Counted from the stretch's first letter, positions 52,611 to 62,820 are shown. The stretch: 64,000 nt of DNA from an uncultured delta proteobacterium (GCA_963737265.1 CAVTRY010000016.1:224001-288000); one strand, 5' to 3'. Program-made: numbers and translations. Notes: generated by a model not told the origin, from the sequence alone.

Positions 52611-54901
52611 GGTTCCGCCACGTCCACAAGCTCGCGACGTACTCGCTGGCCGCGATCGCCTTTTTCACCCTGGCGACATCGGGCGTGCTGCCCCCCCTCA
52701 CCCTCATGCTGGTCGTTCTGGCGGGCGCCGTCTCGTGGCTGGCCGACCCCGAAACGCGCTTCGGGCTCTTGCTCGACCGCTGCGCCAGCCTGCTCAACAT
52801 CGCCACCCTGCTCTTTCTCGCCGCGTCCGTGTTCCAAGTCGCGCGCAGCTTTCCCGACGTGGATCTCTCGCCGTTCCTGAACTTCGTACTTTTCCTCCTC
52901 GTCTACAAACTGTGCCAACGCCGTGGCAACCGCGACTATCTGCAAATCTACGTGCTGTCGTTTCTGATCATGCTCGCGGCGGCGTGGACCGCAAGCAGCG
53001 TGGTGTTCGTGGCCGGCTTCGCCGTCTACGTCGTGCTCGCCACCTGGACGCTGATCCTCTTTCATCTGCGCCGCGAAATCGAAGAAAACTACATCGTCCG
53101 CCACGCCAGCGAATCGCAGGCCGAGCAGGTCACCGCAACCCGCGTGCTCAATTCTCGCCGCGTGGTGGGGCTGTCCTTCTTCCTCACCACCGGCGCCGTG
53201 GCCTTGGTCGTGCTGGTGGGCTCGTCGTTGGTCTTCGCCATGGTCCCGCGCGTCGGCCTCGGCTTCCTCATGGGCGGCGTGCGCCGCCAGATCGGCATCG
53301 CCGGCTTCTCCGACGAGGTCCGCCTGGGCAGGCACGGTCTAATCGCGACCGACAACCAGACCGTGGTCCTGCGCGCGCAGGTTCCGACCATCGCGTCCAT
53401 CGCCAACGAGCGTACCCGCGACCGAGTCATCTCGTCGCTCTACTGGCGCGGCACGGTCTACGACACCTACGACAACGGCCAGTGGTTGCGCGCGCGCGAG
53501 GACAAAGCACGCACGCAGCTTTCCGTGACCGCGTCAAGCGCGGATCTGAGCCGAACCTATGTTATTGCCGATCCCCTTGACGTTCATTTATCCGTCGGAC
53601 GCAAGGCTGCTGTGCTGGGCACGACCGTGCAGACCATCGAAATCGTCGCGCTGTCGCATCCCGTGGCCTTCGCCCTCGACCGCCCGGTGGCATTCGAAAT
53701 ATCGCCGCCGCCGACCGGCTCGTTCACTGCCGTCGACCTCGAACCGCGCTGGTCGGGCGAGGTGTCGCTGCGCATGTTTCACGTCAATCCCGCCAATCCC
53801 TACGAACGCCGGCAGCCCATGACCGAGTTTACGGGCGCGAGTTATCGCGTCTATTCCCGCGATGCCAGCCCGGGAAAGGCCGGGCGCGCCGCCCTTGCCG
53901 ACGACGAGCTGGCGCCGGGCGCGTTCGACAACTACCTGCGCGTTCCACAATCGCTGGCGCCGCGCGTGCGGGACTTGGCCAAGACCATCGCCAACGGGCA
54001 GCCCTCGCCGGCCGCCAAGGTGCAAGCCGTGGTCGACTGGCTCAAGCGAACCCACGGCTACACCACCGATCTCAAACGCGACGAACGCATCGCCGATCCA
54101 CTCGAGGATTTCCTCTTCGCGGAGAGGGCCGGCCACTGCGAATACTTCGCCTCGGCCGCCGCCATCCTGCTGCGTCTCGGCGGCGTGCCCACCCGCTACG
54201 TCAACGGCTTCCTCGGCGGCGAATGGAACGATCTGCGCAAGGTCATCACGGTGCGAGAAAATCGTGCCCATTCATGGCTGGAAGCCTACGTCGGTGGACG
54301 GGACCGCCTGGACCACGCCGGTTGGGTGCGCGTGGACGCCACGCCCGCCGTGGACCGAATTTCGCACATGGGGATTTTGCGCCAATTGCTCGATTCCGCC
54401 GAGCTGCTCTGGGGCCGCTGGGTCGTCGAATACAATGCCAGCCAGCAGCTCCTGCTCGCGCAGCGCCTGGGGCAAAGGTTCGGCTTTCAGGGCCGCGCGT
54501 ACGACCCGGTTCGCGGTCACACGCCGCTGACCAGAAAACAGGTGCTGGTCGTCACCGCCCTGGTCGTGCTCGCCGTCGCCATCGCGAGCCAGCGCAAACG
54601 CCTGCGCGGTTGGCGAACCAGAGGACCTGTCGCGCGCGCCCACCAGCAGAGCGAGCAGCCCATCTTCCGTATCTATCGGACAACGCTCAGCCGTCTGGCC
54701 AGCGGCGGCACGGCCCGCCTGCCGAGCGAAAGCCCGCACGCCTACCTCGCGCGCATGGAAAGCCAGCGACTGGCCGGCGTTGCCGTGCTCGCCCGCCTCA
54801 CCGACAGCTACGCATCGGCGCGCTACGGCGACATGCGGATTCCACCCGAGGTGGTGGCGCAGCTCCGACGCGAAGTCGGTCAGATCGGACGCGCACCGTA
54901 A
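52607..54901 (+). CDS. Membrane transglutaminase-like protein (TgpA/DUF3488 type)
   Basis: Multi-TM N-terminus, LYWRG, GHCEYFAS, AHSWLE, WVRVDATP, ARYG. Confidence 0.9.
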   Translation: MRFRHVHKLATYSLAAIAFFTLATSGVLPPLTLMLVVLAGAVSWLADPETRFGLLLDRCASLLNIATLLFLAASVFQVARSFPDVDLSPFLNFVLFLLVYKLCQRRGNRDYLQIYVLSFLIMLAAAWTASSVVFVAGFAVYVVLATWTLILFHLRREIEENYIVRHASESQAEQVTATRVLNSRRVVGLSFFLTTGAVALVVLVGSSLVFAMVPRVGLGFLMGGVRRQIGIAGFSDEVRLGRHGLIATDNQTVVLRAQVPTIASIANERTRDRVISSLYWRGTVYDTYDNGQWLRAREDKARTQLSVTASSADLSRTYVIADPLDVHLSVGRKAAVLGTTVQTIEIVALSHPVAFALDRPVAFEISPPPTGSFTAVDLEPRWSGEVSLRMFHVNPANPYERRQPMTEFTGASYRVYSRDASPGKAGRAALADDELAPGAFDNYLRVPQSLAPRVRDLAKTIANGQPSPAAKVQAVVDWLKRTHGYTTDLKRDERIADPLEDFLFAERAGHCEYFASAAAILLRLGGVPTRYVNGFLGGEWNDLRKVITVRENRAHSWLEAYVGGRDRLDHAGWVRVDATPAVDRISHMGILRQLLDSAELLWGRWVVEYNASQQLLLAQRLGQRFGFQGRAYDPVRGHTPLTRKQVLVVTALVVLAVAIASQRKRLRGWRTRGPVARAHQQSEQPIFRIYRTTLSRLASGGTARLPSESPHAYLARMESQRLAGVAVLARLTDSYASARYGDMRIPPEVVAQLRREVGQIGRAP

Positions 54902-55062
54902 GAAGCCGTTGGCTTGACAGAGGGTGCTAAGATGCCGGGGTCTTTTGCCACTTTGGCGAGAGCCGAGAGTCACCCATGCCAGCCGATCAGAATTCCGCGC
55001 GCAGCGCACCCGTCAGCCGTGCTTTTCGGCGCAAAATCAGTAGCTTCGGCCAAGGCGCCGAC

Positions 55063-55078
55063 CGGCACCCACATTGCA
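55063..55078 (+). promoter_or_regulatory. Sigma54 -24/-12 promoter
   Basis: CGGCAC-N5-TTGCA (GG-N10-GC) just upstream of a GGAG RBS and ATG 55096. Confidence 0.65.
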
Positions 55079-55095
55079 GTGCCTGGTCGCGGAGC

Positions 55096-57174
55096 ATGCC
55101 TTCGAAAGTTTCCCAATCCGTCCTAGCTGCTGTCCTCGCCGCCTGCGCGCTTCTGGCGACGAGCAACGCTCTTGCCCAATATGGCGGCACCACCACCATT
55201 AGCGGAACCGGCGGCGCTACCGGCAGCCTGAGCTCCTCGGACTTCACCCTGTATTACGAGAAGTACGACTCAAGCCAGGGGTGGATTCAGATGAACCAGA
55301 CGACCGATCAGTTGTATTTCTTCAACCGGGCCCGCTGCGAGTGCGACCAAGCCATGAATGCGGAGTTCAAGGTTGTAATCAAGCCAGGGACAACCACCGC
55401 ACAGACGATCCAGAACCTGGCCTACAGCAACGGCACTAGCGGCAGCGGCAGGCTGTACGCAAGCGGCAGCGGCTACGACTGCCTCCAGCCTCTCTCCCTA
55501 GCGGGTGGCCTGGCGTCTTACTGCACGAATCTGTGGCAGCCGGGAATCGACAGGGCGGACTTTCCCATGACCAACTTCGAAACGGCGCCGTCGAAGGGCG
55601 TCGAGAGTCCTGCCATCCCTGTGGCTTGGCTTTACAACTCCGTAACGTCGGCATGCACAAGCAACTGCGACACAATCAGCACCTGCTCGACGACGGCGCC
55701 CAGCAATATCAACATCTACTTCTGGGCGCAAATGACGTTGAACAACACTCCCGACCTCGACGGCCTGACGATCGCCGCGAGACTCGTCGGTCAAGTCGCC
55801 TATGCACCAACCAACGTGACTGTCGAGGGCGGAAACAATGCATTGATCGTGAACTGGTCCTGGCCCACCGGCGAGACCCCATCCGCAGACGCCAATTTCT
55901 TCGGCGTCCAGCTCTTCTGTCAGCGCGGTGCGAATAACCAGGTCTTCAAGGACAAGACGTTTGGCCAGGCCTATATGACGGCGGCAACTTTGTGCCCCGA
56001 CACGGCGCCTACCGTCGCTACCCCCGGACCATTCTCCAACCTCGACCCCAAGTACCTGTGTTCGGGTCTCATTCCGCCGACCACCAGCAGTTACCGCATC
56101 ACCGGGTTGCAAAACGGGATCCCCTACGGCGTCGCTGTCGCCGCCGTGGACAAGTTTGGCAACATCAGCGCCGTTACCAACGCCGATGTCGTGTACGGGA
56201 TGCCCATTCCGACCGTCGACTTCTATTCGGAATACCGAAGCGACGGCGGGACGGCACAAGGCGGCTACTGCACGCTCGACCGCTGGCATACCCGGCCGGG
56301 CGCGCTGGCGCTCTTCTTCGTGGTTGGGCTCGGGCTCGTCCTGGTGCTGCGCAAGCGCGGCAACCGGCGGCGGCCAGGGCCGCCCAGATCGGGAACGCTG
56401 GTGCTGGTGCTTGCGACATCGGCGCTGGCAGCCGGCCAGGCGCGCGCGCAGGGCATCTACCACGACAATTCCTTCGTCGAGGACAACGCCCTCGAAGCGT
56501 GGAACGGCACGCCGCGCGAGTACGCCATCGAGGCGCGCTTCGGACTCTACACCCCCGATGTGGATTCCGCGTTTGGCGCCAGTACCACGAAACCCAACGC
56601 CTTCATCTTCGGCAACGAGAAGCGGCCCATGTTCCAGATGGAATTCGACTGGGAGATCTTCCAGGAATTCGGCACCCTCGCCGTGGCCGGCGCCATCGGC
56701 TACTACAAGGAAAACGCCTGGGCGTGCAAGCAGATCGAGCTGCTCGCCGACCCGACAACGTGCGCACGCTCGGGCGACAACACCAGCCTGCGCCTGATTC
56801 CGGTGGCAGCGCTGCTAGTGTACCGCATGGATGAGGGCGCCCGCCAGTGGAAGATCCCGCTCGTGCCCTACGCCAAGATCGGCCTCAATTATACCGTTTG
56901 GACCGTGAACGACGGCAACGGCAATGTGCCTGACTACATCGGCGGCGGGCGAGGCCAAGGCGGTACGGCGGGCTGGCAAGCGGCGGTGGGCATGTCGCTC
57001 CTGCTCGACTTTCTCGACCCCGGCGCAGCCCGCGGCTTCGACGCCGATTCCGGCGTGAACCACACCTACGCTTTCTTCGAGCTGGACCACATCGACGGCT
57101 CCGGCCTCGGCAGGAAAAACGTCCTGCACGTCGGCGACGACACCTGGTTCACCGGCCTGATGTTCGAATTCTAG
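55096..57174 (+). CDS. Cys-rich/FN3 surface protein with an internal MYXO-CTERM-like anchor fused to an outer-membrane beta-barrel (MXAN_2561/MXAN_2562-like)
   Basis: Signal peptide; FN3-like ITGLQNG.PY.VAVAAVD; GGYC-TM-RKR; second signal ..ARAQ; barrel ending MFEF. Confidence 0.7.
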   Translation: MPSKVSQSVLAAVLAACALLATSNALAQYGGTTTISGTGGATGSLSSSDFTLYYEKYDSSQGWIQMNQTTDQLYFFNRARCECDQAMNAEFKVVIKPGTTTAQTIQNLAYSNGTSGSGRLYASGSGYDCLQPLSLAGGLASYCTNLWQPGIDRADFPMTNFETAPSKGVESPAIPVAWLYNSVTSACTSNCDTISTCSTTAPSNINIYFWAQMTLNNTPDLDGLTIAARLVGQVAYAPTNVTVEGGNNALIVNWSWPTGETPSADANFFGVQLFCQRGANNQVFKDKTFGQAYMTAATLCPDTAPTVATPGPFSNLDPKYLCSGLIPPTTSSYRITGLQNGIPYGVAVAAVDKFGNISAVTNADVVYGMPIPTVDFYSEYRSDGGTAQGGYCTLDRWHTRPGALALFFVVGLGLVLVLRKRGNRRRPGPPRSGTLVLVLATSALAAGQARAQGIYHDNSFVEDNALEAWNGTPREYAIEARFGLYTPDVDSAFGASTTKPNAFIFGNEKRPMFQMEFDWEIFQEFGTLAVAGAIGYYKENAWACKQIELLADPTTCARSGDNTSLRLIPVAALLVYRMDEGARQWKIPLVPYAKIGLNYTVWTVNDGNGNVPDYIGGGRGQGGTAGWQAAVGMSLLLDFLDPGAARGFDADSGVNHTYAFFELDHIDGSGLGRKNVLHVGDDTWFTGLMFEF

Positions 57175-57182
57175 GGAAAGAA

Positions 57183-58049
57183 TTGAACCACAGAGAGCAC
57201 AAAGAACACAGAGGCCGCGCGGAAGAAAAGGGTTCGGATCTAGAATCCGAAAACCCTTCCATTTCCGGTCTCCGTGAGCTCCGTGCTGTCTGTGGTGAAA
57301 ATCCGGATCCGCCCCAGCGCACGCTTCGCCTGGTCGTCGAATACGACGGCACCGGCTTCGCGGGCTGGCAACGCCAGGACGGGCAGCTCACGGTGCAGGG
57401 GTGCCTGGAAAAAGCCTTTCTCGCCATGACCGGCCAGACGGTCAGCGTGCGCGGTGCCGGCCGCACCGATTCCGGCGTCCACGCCGATGGCCAGGTGGCG
57501 AGCGTCGATGTCGCCTCGCGTATTCCCACCCTGGGCTTTCTGCGCGGCCTCAACACCCACCTGCCGCCGGAAATCGCCGTGCTGGAAGTTGCCGACGCGC
57601 CCGCGGGCTGGAGCGCGCGCCACGATGCGCGCGGAAAGATCTACCGCTACCTGATCTGGAATCACCCCGTGCGGTCTCCTCGCCAGGCACGCCGCACGTG
57701 GCACGTCTACGACCCGCTCAACACCCACGCCATGCGCGGCGCGGCCGAGGTTCTGCTCGGCGAGCACGACTTCCGCGCCTTTCGATCGTCCGACTGCGAC
57801 CGCATCAACACGCGCCGGATCATCCGCCGCTTCGACGTGCGCCGCGACGGCGTGTTACTTGCGCTCGAAATCGAAGGCACGGCCTTTCTGCGCAACATGG
57901 TCCGCATCCTCGCCGGCACGCTGGTGGCCGTGGGCAAGGGCAAGATGACCGCAGACCACGTAACGACCCTGCTCAACAGCGGCGACCGCACCCAGGCCGG
58001 CGTGACCGCCCCAGCCTGTGGACTGACGTTGGTGAGAGTCATCTATTAG
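57183..58049 (+). CDS. truA: tRNA pseudouridine(38-40) synthase
   Basis: EYDGTGFAGWQ, GAGRTDSGVHA, GEHDFRAF, FLRNMVR, APACGL. Confidence 0.95.
   Translation: MNHREHKEHRGRAEEKGSDLESENPSISGLRELRAVCGENPDPPQRTLRLVVEYDGTGFAGWQRQDGQLTVQGCLEKAFLAMTGQTVSVRGAGRTDSGVHADGQVASVDVASRIPTLGFLRGLNTHLPPEIAVLEVADAPAGWSARHDARGKIYRYLIWNHPVRSPRQARRTWHVYDPLNTHAMRGAAEVLLGEHDFRAFRSSDCDRINTRRIIRRFDVRRDGVLLALEIEGTAFLRNMVRILAGTLVAVGKGKMTADHVTTLLNSGDRTQAGVTAPACGLTLVRVIY
57186..57296. repeat. Palindromic CACAGAG-type element within the 5' end of truA
   Basis: AACCACAGAGAGCACAAAGAACACAGAG ... CTCCGTGAGCTCCGTGCTGTCTGTGGT with an inner hairpin. Confidence 0.7.
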
Positions 58050-58054
58050 TTGAG

Positions 58055-58606
58055 CTACACTATGGACGCGAACTCTTCGAACGGGATGCGCGTCGAGGGC
58101 TCGGTTTCCGCTTTGATCTGCCAGTCGTTGAGCTCGGAAGAGATCGTCTGAGCGCGTCCGCCCACCATGATGAGGGCGATGACCTGGGCCTCCGTTGGCA
58201 GGGCCAGAACGTCCCGAGCCGCCTGTGCATCGAACCCGGCCACCGGATGGGTCACGAGATTCCGCTCGGTCGCCGCCAGCAGCAACAGCGCGGTCGCCAT
58301 GCCGGTGTCGAACTGGTGGTAGTCGCGCCCATCCGGCGTCCTGCAACCGAGATCGGCATGCGACCACACGGCGACGATCATCGACGCCTGTTTGGCCCAG
58401 GTGGCGTTCCCGGGCGCCAGCACCCCGACCATGCGTTCGAGCGCGCCCTTGCTGCGAGCGAAAACGAAGCGCCAGGGTTGCTTGTTCGCACACGACGGCG
58501 CCCGGCTGGCCGCCGCAGCCAGCTCTCGGATGAGCGCATCGCTCACCTCCACCGCCGCGAACGAACGCAGCGCCCTACGTTGCTTGACGACATCCTCAAA
58601 TTCCAT
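58055..58606 (-). CDS. Nitroreductase family protein
   Basis: RRALRSF, APSCANKQPWRF, FDTGMA, HPVAGFD. Confidence 0.9.
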   Translation of the reverse strand: MEFEDVVKQRRALRSFAAVEVSDALIRELAAAASRAPSCANKQPWRFVFARSKGALERMVGVLAPGNATWAKQASMIVAVWSHADLGCRTPDGRDYHQFDTGMATALLLLAATERNLVTHPVAGFDAQAARDVLALPTEAQVIALIMVGGRAQTISSELNDWQIKAETEPSTRIPFEEFASIV

Positions 58607-58678
58607 CGTGTGCTCCAGCGCCAGTCTAGCCCGCATTCGCCACCGCCGCACGACCCGCAGCTTTTCTCGATGGGTGCC

Positions 58679-59358
58679 TCACACTTCTCCTCGGTCCATC
58701 CACTTCGGAACGCTCGTGACCTTGTAGCGCTCAAGAAGTCGGAGCAACAAAACCGGATCCTGCTCCAGCAAGACCATCTGGCGATGTTCGGGCCTGAGAA
58801 ACCGCAGGTGGGGTGAAGTCCGCGAATTTACTTCGCGGACGAGGGGAGGGCAGCGGCCCTCCCTTCAAAAATCTTCAAGACGGGTCCATTTATGGACACG
58901 TCTTGAGCCACAAGCACGTCCAGGAATTGGAGTAGCGGCGCGAAAAAATCCTTGGCGCCAGGGAGACCCAAAGGCTTCTGATGGAGGCCAAGTTGTGCCC
59001 AGGTCCACATCTCGAAGAACTCCTCAAGGGTACCAAGTCCGCCGGGCATCGCGATAAAGGCGTCCGCCAGCTCGGCCATCATTTTCTTCCGCTCGTGCAT
59101 GCTCGAAACCACGTGCAGCTCGGTCAACGAATCATGAGCGACCTTCTTCTCCACGAGCGCACGCGGAACGACACCAATGACCTTGCCGCCAGCAGCAAGC
59201 ACGGAGTCGGCGAGAGCCCCCATGAGTCCCACCTTCGCGCCGCCATACACGAGCACGCGGTCGGTTTCAGCAATGACTTTTCCGAGCGCTTTCGCGCCGG
59301 CCATGAAGAGTGGGTCGGCACCTGGACTTGAACCGCAGTACACGCATATGTTTCGCAT
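58679..59358 (-). pseudogene. LOG family nucleotide phosphoribohydrolase split by the mini-element
   Basis: [25 protein letters not shown]; displaced C-terminus FLRPEHRQMV...PKWMDRGEV* at 58679-58803. Confidence 0.9.
58804..58901 (+). mobile_element. Dispersed hairpin mini-element, copy C (98 bp)
   Basis: Excision restores an intact 193-aa LOG frame; no target duplication; abuts CTTGAG. Confidence 0.9.
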
Positions 59359-59362
59359 CGAT

Positions 59363-60070
59363 CTATCCGGCTAGCATCGCCTGCACCGCGTCGCGCACGC
59401 GTTCGTTGAGCCCGGCGCGCGCTTCGTCGTCGAGGCCCTGCGTGGCGATGGGCTCGCCAATGACGGCAGTGATGGTGCCGCCGCGGAGCAGGAAACTTCC
59501 GCGCGGCATGAGCGCCCGCGTTCCGCGCAGGGCGACCGGCACGATGGGAACGCCCGCCTTCACGGCCAGGTGAAAGCCGCCCTTTTTGAACACGCCGAGG
59601 TTACCGTCGCGCGTGCGCGTACCCTCGGGAAAGATGAGGACGGATTCCCCGTTGTGGATGCGCTGGCCGGCCTGGTCGATGCTTCGCCGCGCGGCCACCG
59701 GGTTCTGGCGGTCGATGAAGATGAAGCGCCCGGCGCGCATGGCCCAGCCGAACAGCGGAATGCGGCCGAGCTGTTTCTTGGCGATCATGCGCAAGCGACG
59801 CGGAACGGCCACGAACATGGCCCAAATATCCAGCGACGAGGCGTGATTGGCCATGAAGACGTAGGGCTGGTTTGCATCCAAGTTGGCGCGATTCTCGACC
59901 ACGATCTTCACGCCGGCGAACGATGTCACCCAGGCGGACCAGGCGCGGGCCAGATCCAGGACGCGATTGCCACTCGGGTCAACAAGGCGCAGCACCAGAC
60001 CCCAGACGCTGCCGACGATGGTCGCGAACGCGATGAACAACAAAGTTGCAACGGCTCTCAGGAAAGACAC
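59363..60070 (-). CDS. plsC: 1-acyl-sn-glycerol-3-phosphate acyltransferase
   Basis: NHASSLD, FIDR, FPEGTRT, FKKG. Confidence 0.9.
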   Translation of the reverse strand: MSFLRAVATLLFIAFATIVGSVWGLVLRLVDPSGNRVLDLARAWSAWVTSFAGVKIVVENRANLDANQPYVFMANHASSLDIWAMFVAVPRRLRMIAKKQLGRIPLFGWAMRAGRFIFIDRQNPVAARRSIDQAGQRIHNGESVLIFPEGTRTRDGNLGVFKKGGFHLAVKAGVPIVPVALRGTRALMPRGSFLLRGGTITAVIGEPIATQGLDDEARAGLNERVRDAVQAMLAG

Positions 60071-60092
60071 CGGTGCATGGTATCCTCCCGGC

Positions 60093-60998
60093 GTGGATTT
60101 CCGGAAGACCTACTATGTGCTTCCGAACCTTTTCACACTGTCGTCCGTACTGTGTGGGTTCGCTTCCCTCGCTCTCAGCGCCTCTGGCCGCAGCGGGGCC
60201 GACCTCTATCTGGCGGCGCTTGCCATCTGTTTCGGCCTGTTTTTCGACACGTTCGATGGTCGAGTCGCTCGCCTGACCAAGACCCAGACCGATCTTGGCC
60301 GCGACCTCGATTCGCTGGCCGACGTCATCACCTTCGGCGCCGCGCCGGCCCTGCTGGTGTACAAGTGGGGCCTGACTGATTTCGGCATGATGGGCATCTT
60401 CATCGCCGGTCTGTTCGTGTGCGCGGGCGCCATGCGCCTGGCGCGCTTCAACGTGCTTTCCCGTCGCGACGAGGCGTCCGGGCACAAGAAGCCGAGTAAA
60501 TTCACCCTCGGCCTGCCCATCCCGCCGGCGGCCAGCTTGCTGGTCTTCATGGTCATCGTCAGCCGCAACGCTGGCGAGTACAAGCTGGTCAGCGAGGGAT
60601 CCACCGCCATCATCGTGCTGGTGCTGTCGTTCTTGATGGTCTCGCGCGTGCGCTTCCGTTCGTTCAAGGAGCTGCGCCTGACCGCCAAGACCGTCGGCGT
60701 GGTGCTGCTGGTGGGCGGCGCGTGCGCGTCCTGGGTCGTGTCGGGTTTCGCCAAGGCGTTTATCTTCCTGTTCCTCGTGCTGGCCTACATCGTGCTCGGC
60801 CTGGCCGAGGAGGTCCTGTTCTACCGACGTCGGCGCGCACAAGAGCGCAAGCCCGCCGCGCCGCCCGCGCCCGAGGCGCCCGCCGTGCCCGACGAGGAAG
60901 TTCTGCGCGAGCTCGGCGCCTTCGACGACGACGAGCAGCCGGACAAGGACACGGACAAGGATCCGGAAAAGGACCCGCTAAGCGAGCCCGGTCGCTAG
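60093..60998 (+). CDS. pssA: CDP-diacylglycerol--serine O-phosphatidyltransferase
   Basis: LPNLFT, D.FDGRVAR...G.DLDSLAD..TFG.APA, RLARFN, GLPIP. Confidence 0.9.
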   Translation: MDFRKTYYVLPNLFTLSSVLCGFASLALSASGRSGADLYLAALAICFGLFFDTFDGRVARLTKTQTDLGRDLDSLADVITFGAAPALLVYKWGLTDFGMMGIFIAGLFVCAGAMRLARFNVLSRRDEASGHKKPSKFTLGLPIPPAASLLVFMVIVSRNAGEYKLVSEGSTAIIVLVLSFLMVSRVRFRSFKELRLTAKTVGVVLLVGGACASWVVSGFAKAFIFLFLVLAYIVLGLAEEVLFYRRRRAQERKPAAPPAPEAPAVPDEEVLRELGAFDDDEQPDKDTDKDPEKDPLSEPGR

Positions 60999-62389
60999 TT
61001 TTTTGCCACGACCGGCGGCAGTGCCTTGAGGATGGCGATGCGCGGCCGGACGGCGTCCAGATAGGCCGCGCGATTGGCCACCCCTGCCTCGCGCAGCACC
61101 GGCAACTTGCTTGGATCGATGAACTGGCCGTTCTTGACCACGCTGAAATGCAGGTGCGGGCCGGTGGAAAGTCCGGTGGTGCCGACGTAGCCGATGACTT
61201 CCTTCTGCTGCACCATCTTGCCGGTTTTGAGGCCCTTGGCGAATCGGGACAGGTGGTAGTAGCGCGTTTGCAGTCCGTTTGGGTGCACGATGGCGATGGT
61301 GTTGCCCGAACCGCGCTGCATGTCCGCCTCGACCACCTTGCCGCTTGCCGGCGCCCACACCGGCGTCCCGACCGGCGCGGCGTAGTCCACGCCCAGGTGG
61401 GCCCGAATCGTGTGCAAGATGGGATGGAAGCGCTTGAGATCGAATTTCGAGCTGATGCGCACGTAGCGCAGCGGCGACTTGAGCATGCTCTTGGCCAGCG
61501 CCTGGCCCTTCTCGTCGTAGTAGTGGCCGTGGCCGCGTTCGCCGCTCGGGTTCCAGTAGAAGCCGCGGAAGGTGCCGGTCTTGCCGCTGTACTCGGCCGC
61601 CAGCAGCTTGCCGTACTTGTAGAACTGGCCGCCGAGAAACTGCTTTTCGACGATGACCTTCCAGCGATCGCCGGGATGGGTGTCGGTGTAGAAATTGATG
61701 TCCCAGGCGAACAGGTCGACCAGCAGACTGACCAGCGCGCCCCCCTCGCCTGCCTTCGAGACCGACTCGTAAAGCGACGATTCGGCGGTGCCGCAGGCCT
61801 GCGCAAGCTTGATTTCCAGGGGTTTTTCCTGCTTCTTGGCCTGCCAGGTACCGTCCGACTTGCGCGTCACCTGGTAGCGCAGCACCGGCGTGGGCATGTA
61901 CTCGAAGCTCTCGGGCGTGCCTTCGTCGTCGCGATCGACCTGGTACTTTTCGCCCGCCCGAATCAGCTTGGGATCGACCAGCTTGGTCAGCGCGGCGGTC
62001 ACCCCCAGCGCCGCCCCGCCAAAGCCTTCGCGCGCCAGCACCGTGCCGAGCGTGTCCGACGGACCTATCTGTCCCTCGATGGCATGACCGTCGGGACTGT
62101 CGCCACTGGCCGCCGCCTGATCCGCCGGCTTCTCCTTCTTCTTCTCATGGTAGTCCGCGCCCAGCAGCGACGGCGGAATCGACTCCGACAGCGCCTCGCG
62201 CTTGCCGTCGACCAGCGACTGGCTGGTGGAAACCGGCCTCATCAGGTTGTGAACGGAGGTGTCGTGGCGAAAGAAGAAGAAGTAGATGTTGACCGCGGTC
62301 AGCACCACCAGCAGGCCGCCCAGGCCAAGCGAGTTACGCATTTGTTGCGGGCGACGCTTTTTGCGCCTTGGAACCAGCGAACGTGCCAC
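60995..62389 (-). CDS. M23 family peptidoglycan endopeptidase (MepM-like)
   Basis: HLGVDYAAP, YYHLS, TGPHLHF; N-terminal TM segment. Confidence 0.9.
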   Translation of the reverse strand: MARSLVPRRKKRRPQQMRNSLGLGGLLVVLTAVNIYFFFFRHDTSVHNLMRPVSTSQSLVDGKREALSESIPPSLLGADYHEKKKEKPADQAAASGDSPDGHAIEGQIGPSDTLGTVLAREGFGGAALGVTAALTKLVDPKLIRAGEKYQVDRDDEGTPESFEYMPTPVLRYQVTRKSDGTWQAKKQEKPLEIKLAQACGTAESSLYESVSKAGEGGALVSLLVDLFAWDINFYTDTHPGDRWKVIVEKQFLGGQFYKYGKLLAAEYSGKTGTFRGFYWNPSGERGHGHYYDEKGQALAKSMLKSPLRYVRISSKFDLKRFHPILHTIRAHLGVDYAAPVGTPVWAPASGKVVEADMQRGSGNTIAIVHPNGLQTRYYHLSRFAKGLKTGKMVQQKEVIGYVGTTGLSTGPHLHFSVVKNGQFIDPSKLPVLREAGVANRAAYLDAVRPRIAILKALPPVVAKN

Positions 62390-62445
62390 CCCCTATAACC
62401 ACCACACCGTCGCGGGCACGTCAACTTCGAGTCGCGCTTTTTCCG

Positions 62446-62730
62446 TCAAACTCGCCCCTCGCGCTCGATGAACTCCAGCAGGGCGTGGCCCTTGTCGCGT
62501 ACGCGCTTTTTCAAATCCGCGTGCCGGCGCCGCTCTTTCCAAAGCTCCTCCGTGATCTGCAGGGCGGTCAGGATAGCCAGCGACTGGGTGTCCGCGGTGT
62601 GCGTCTGCTTCTGCAGCTCGCGCAAGTGCTTGTCCACGTGGGCGGCCATCTCGCGCACGACCCGTTCTTCCTCGTCGCTGCGCAGGGTGAAGCGATGGCC
62701 GGCAATGGTGACGACGACAGGACTCTTCAT
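62446..62730 (-). CDS. zapA: Cell division protein ZapA
   Basis: VTIAGHRFTL, A..VD..L, AILTAL.I.EEL followed by a coiled coil. Confidence 0.9.
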   Translation of the reverse strand: MKSPVVVTIAGHRFTLRSDEEERVVREMAAHVDKHLRELQKQTHTADTQSLAILTALQITEELWKERRRHADLKKRVRDKGHALLEFIEREGRV

Positions 62731-62820
62731 GCATTCCCCTGCCAGACACTTTACCCCTTGGCGAACCGGCGCGTCTCCCTCGTTCGCGTTGCCGGCGGCG
62801 AAGCCAGGTCGGACGACGCG

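Noticed and set aside
50548-54901. MoxR-DUF58-transglutaminase operon as a novel system
   Set aside because: A widespread, previously described gene trio
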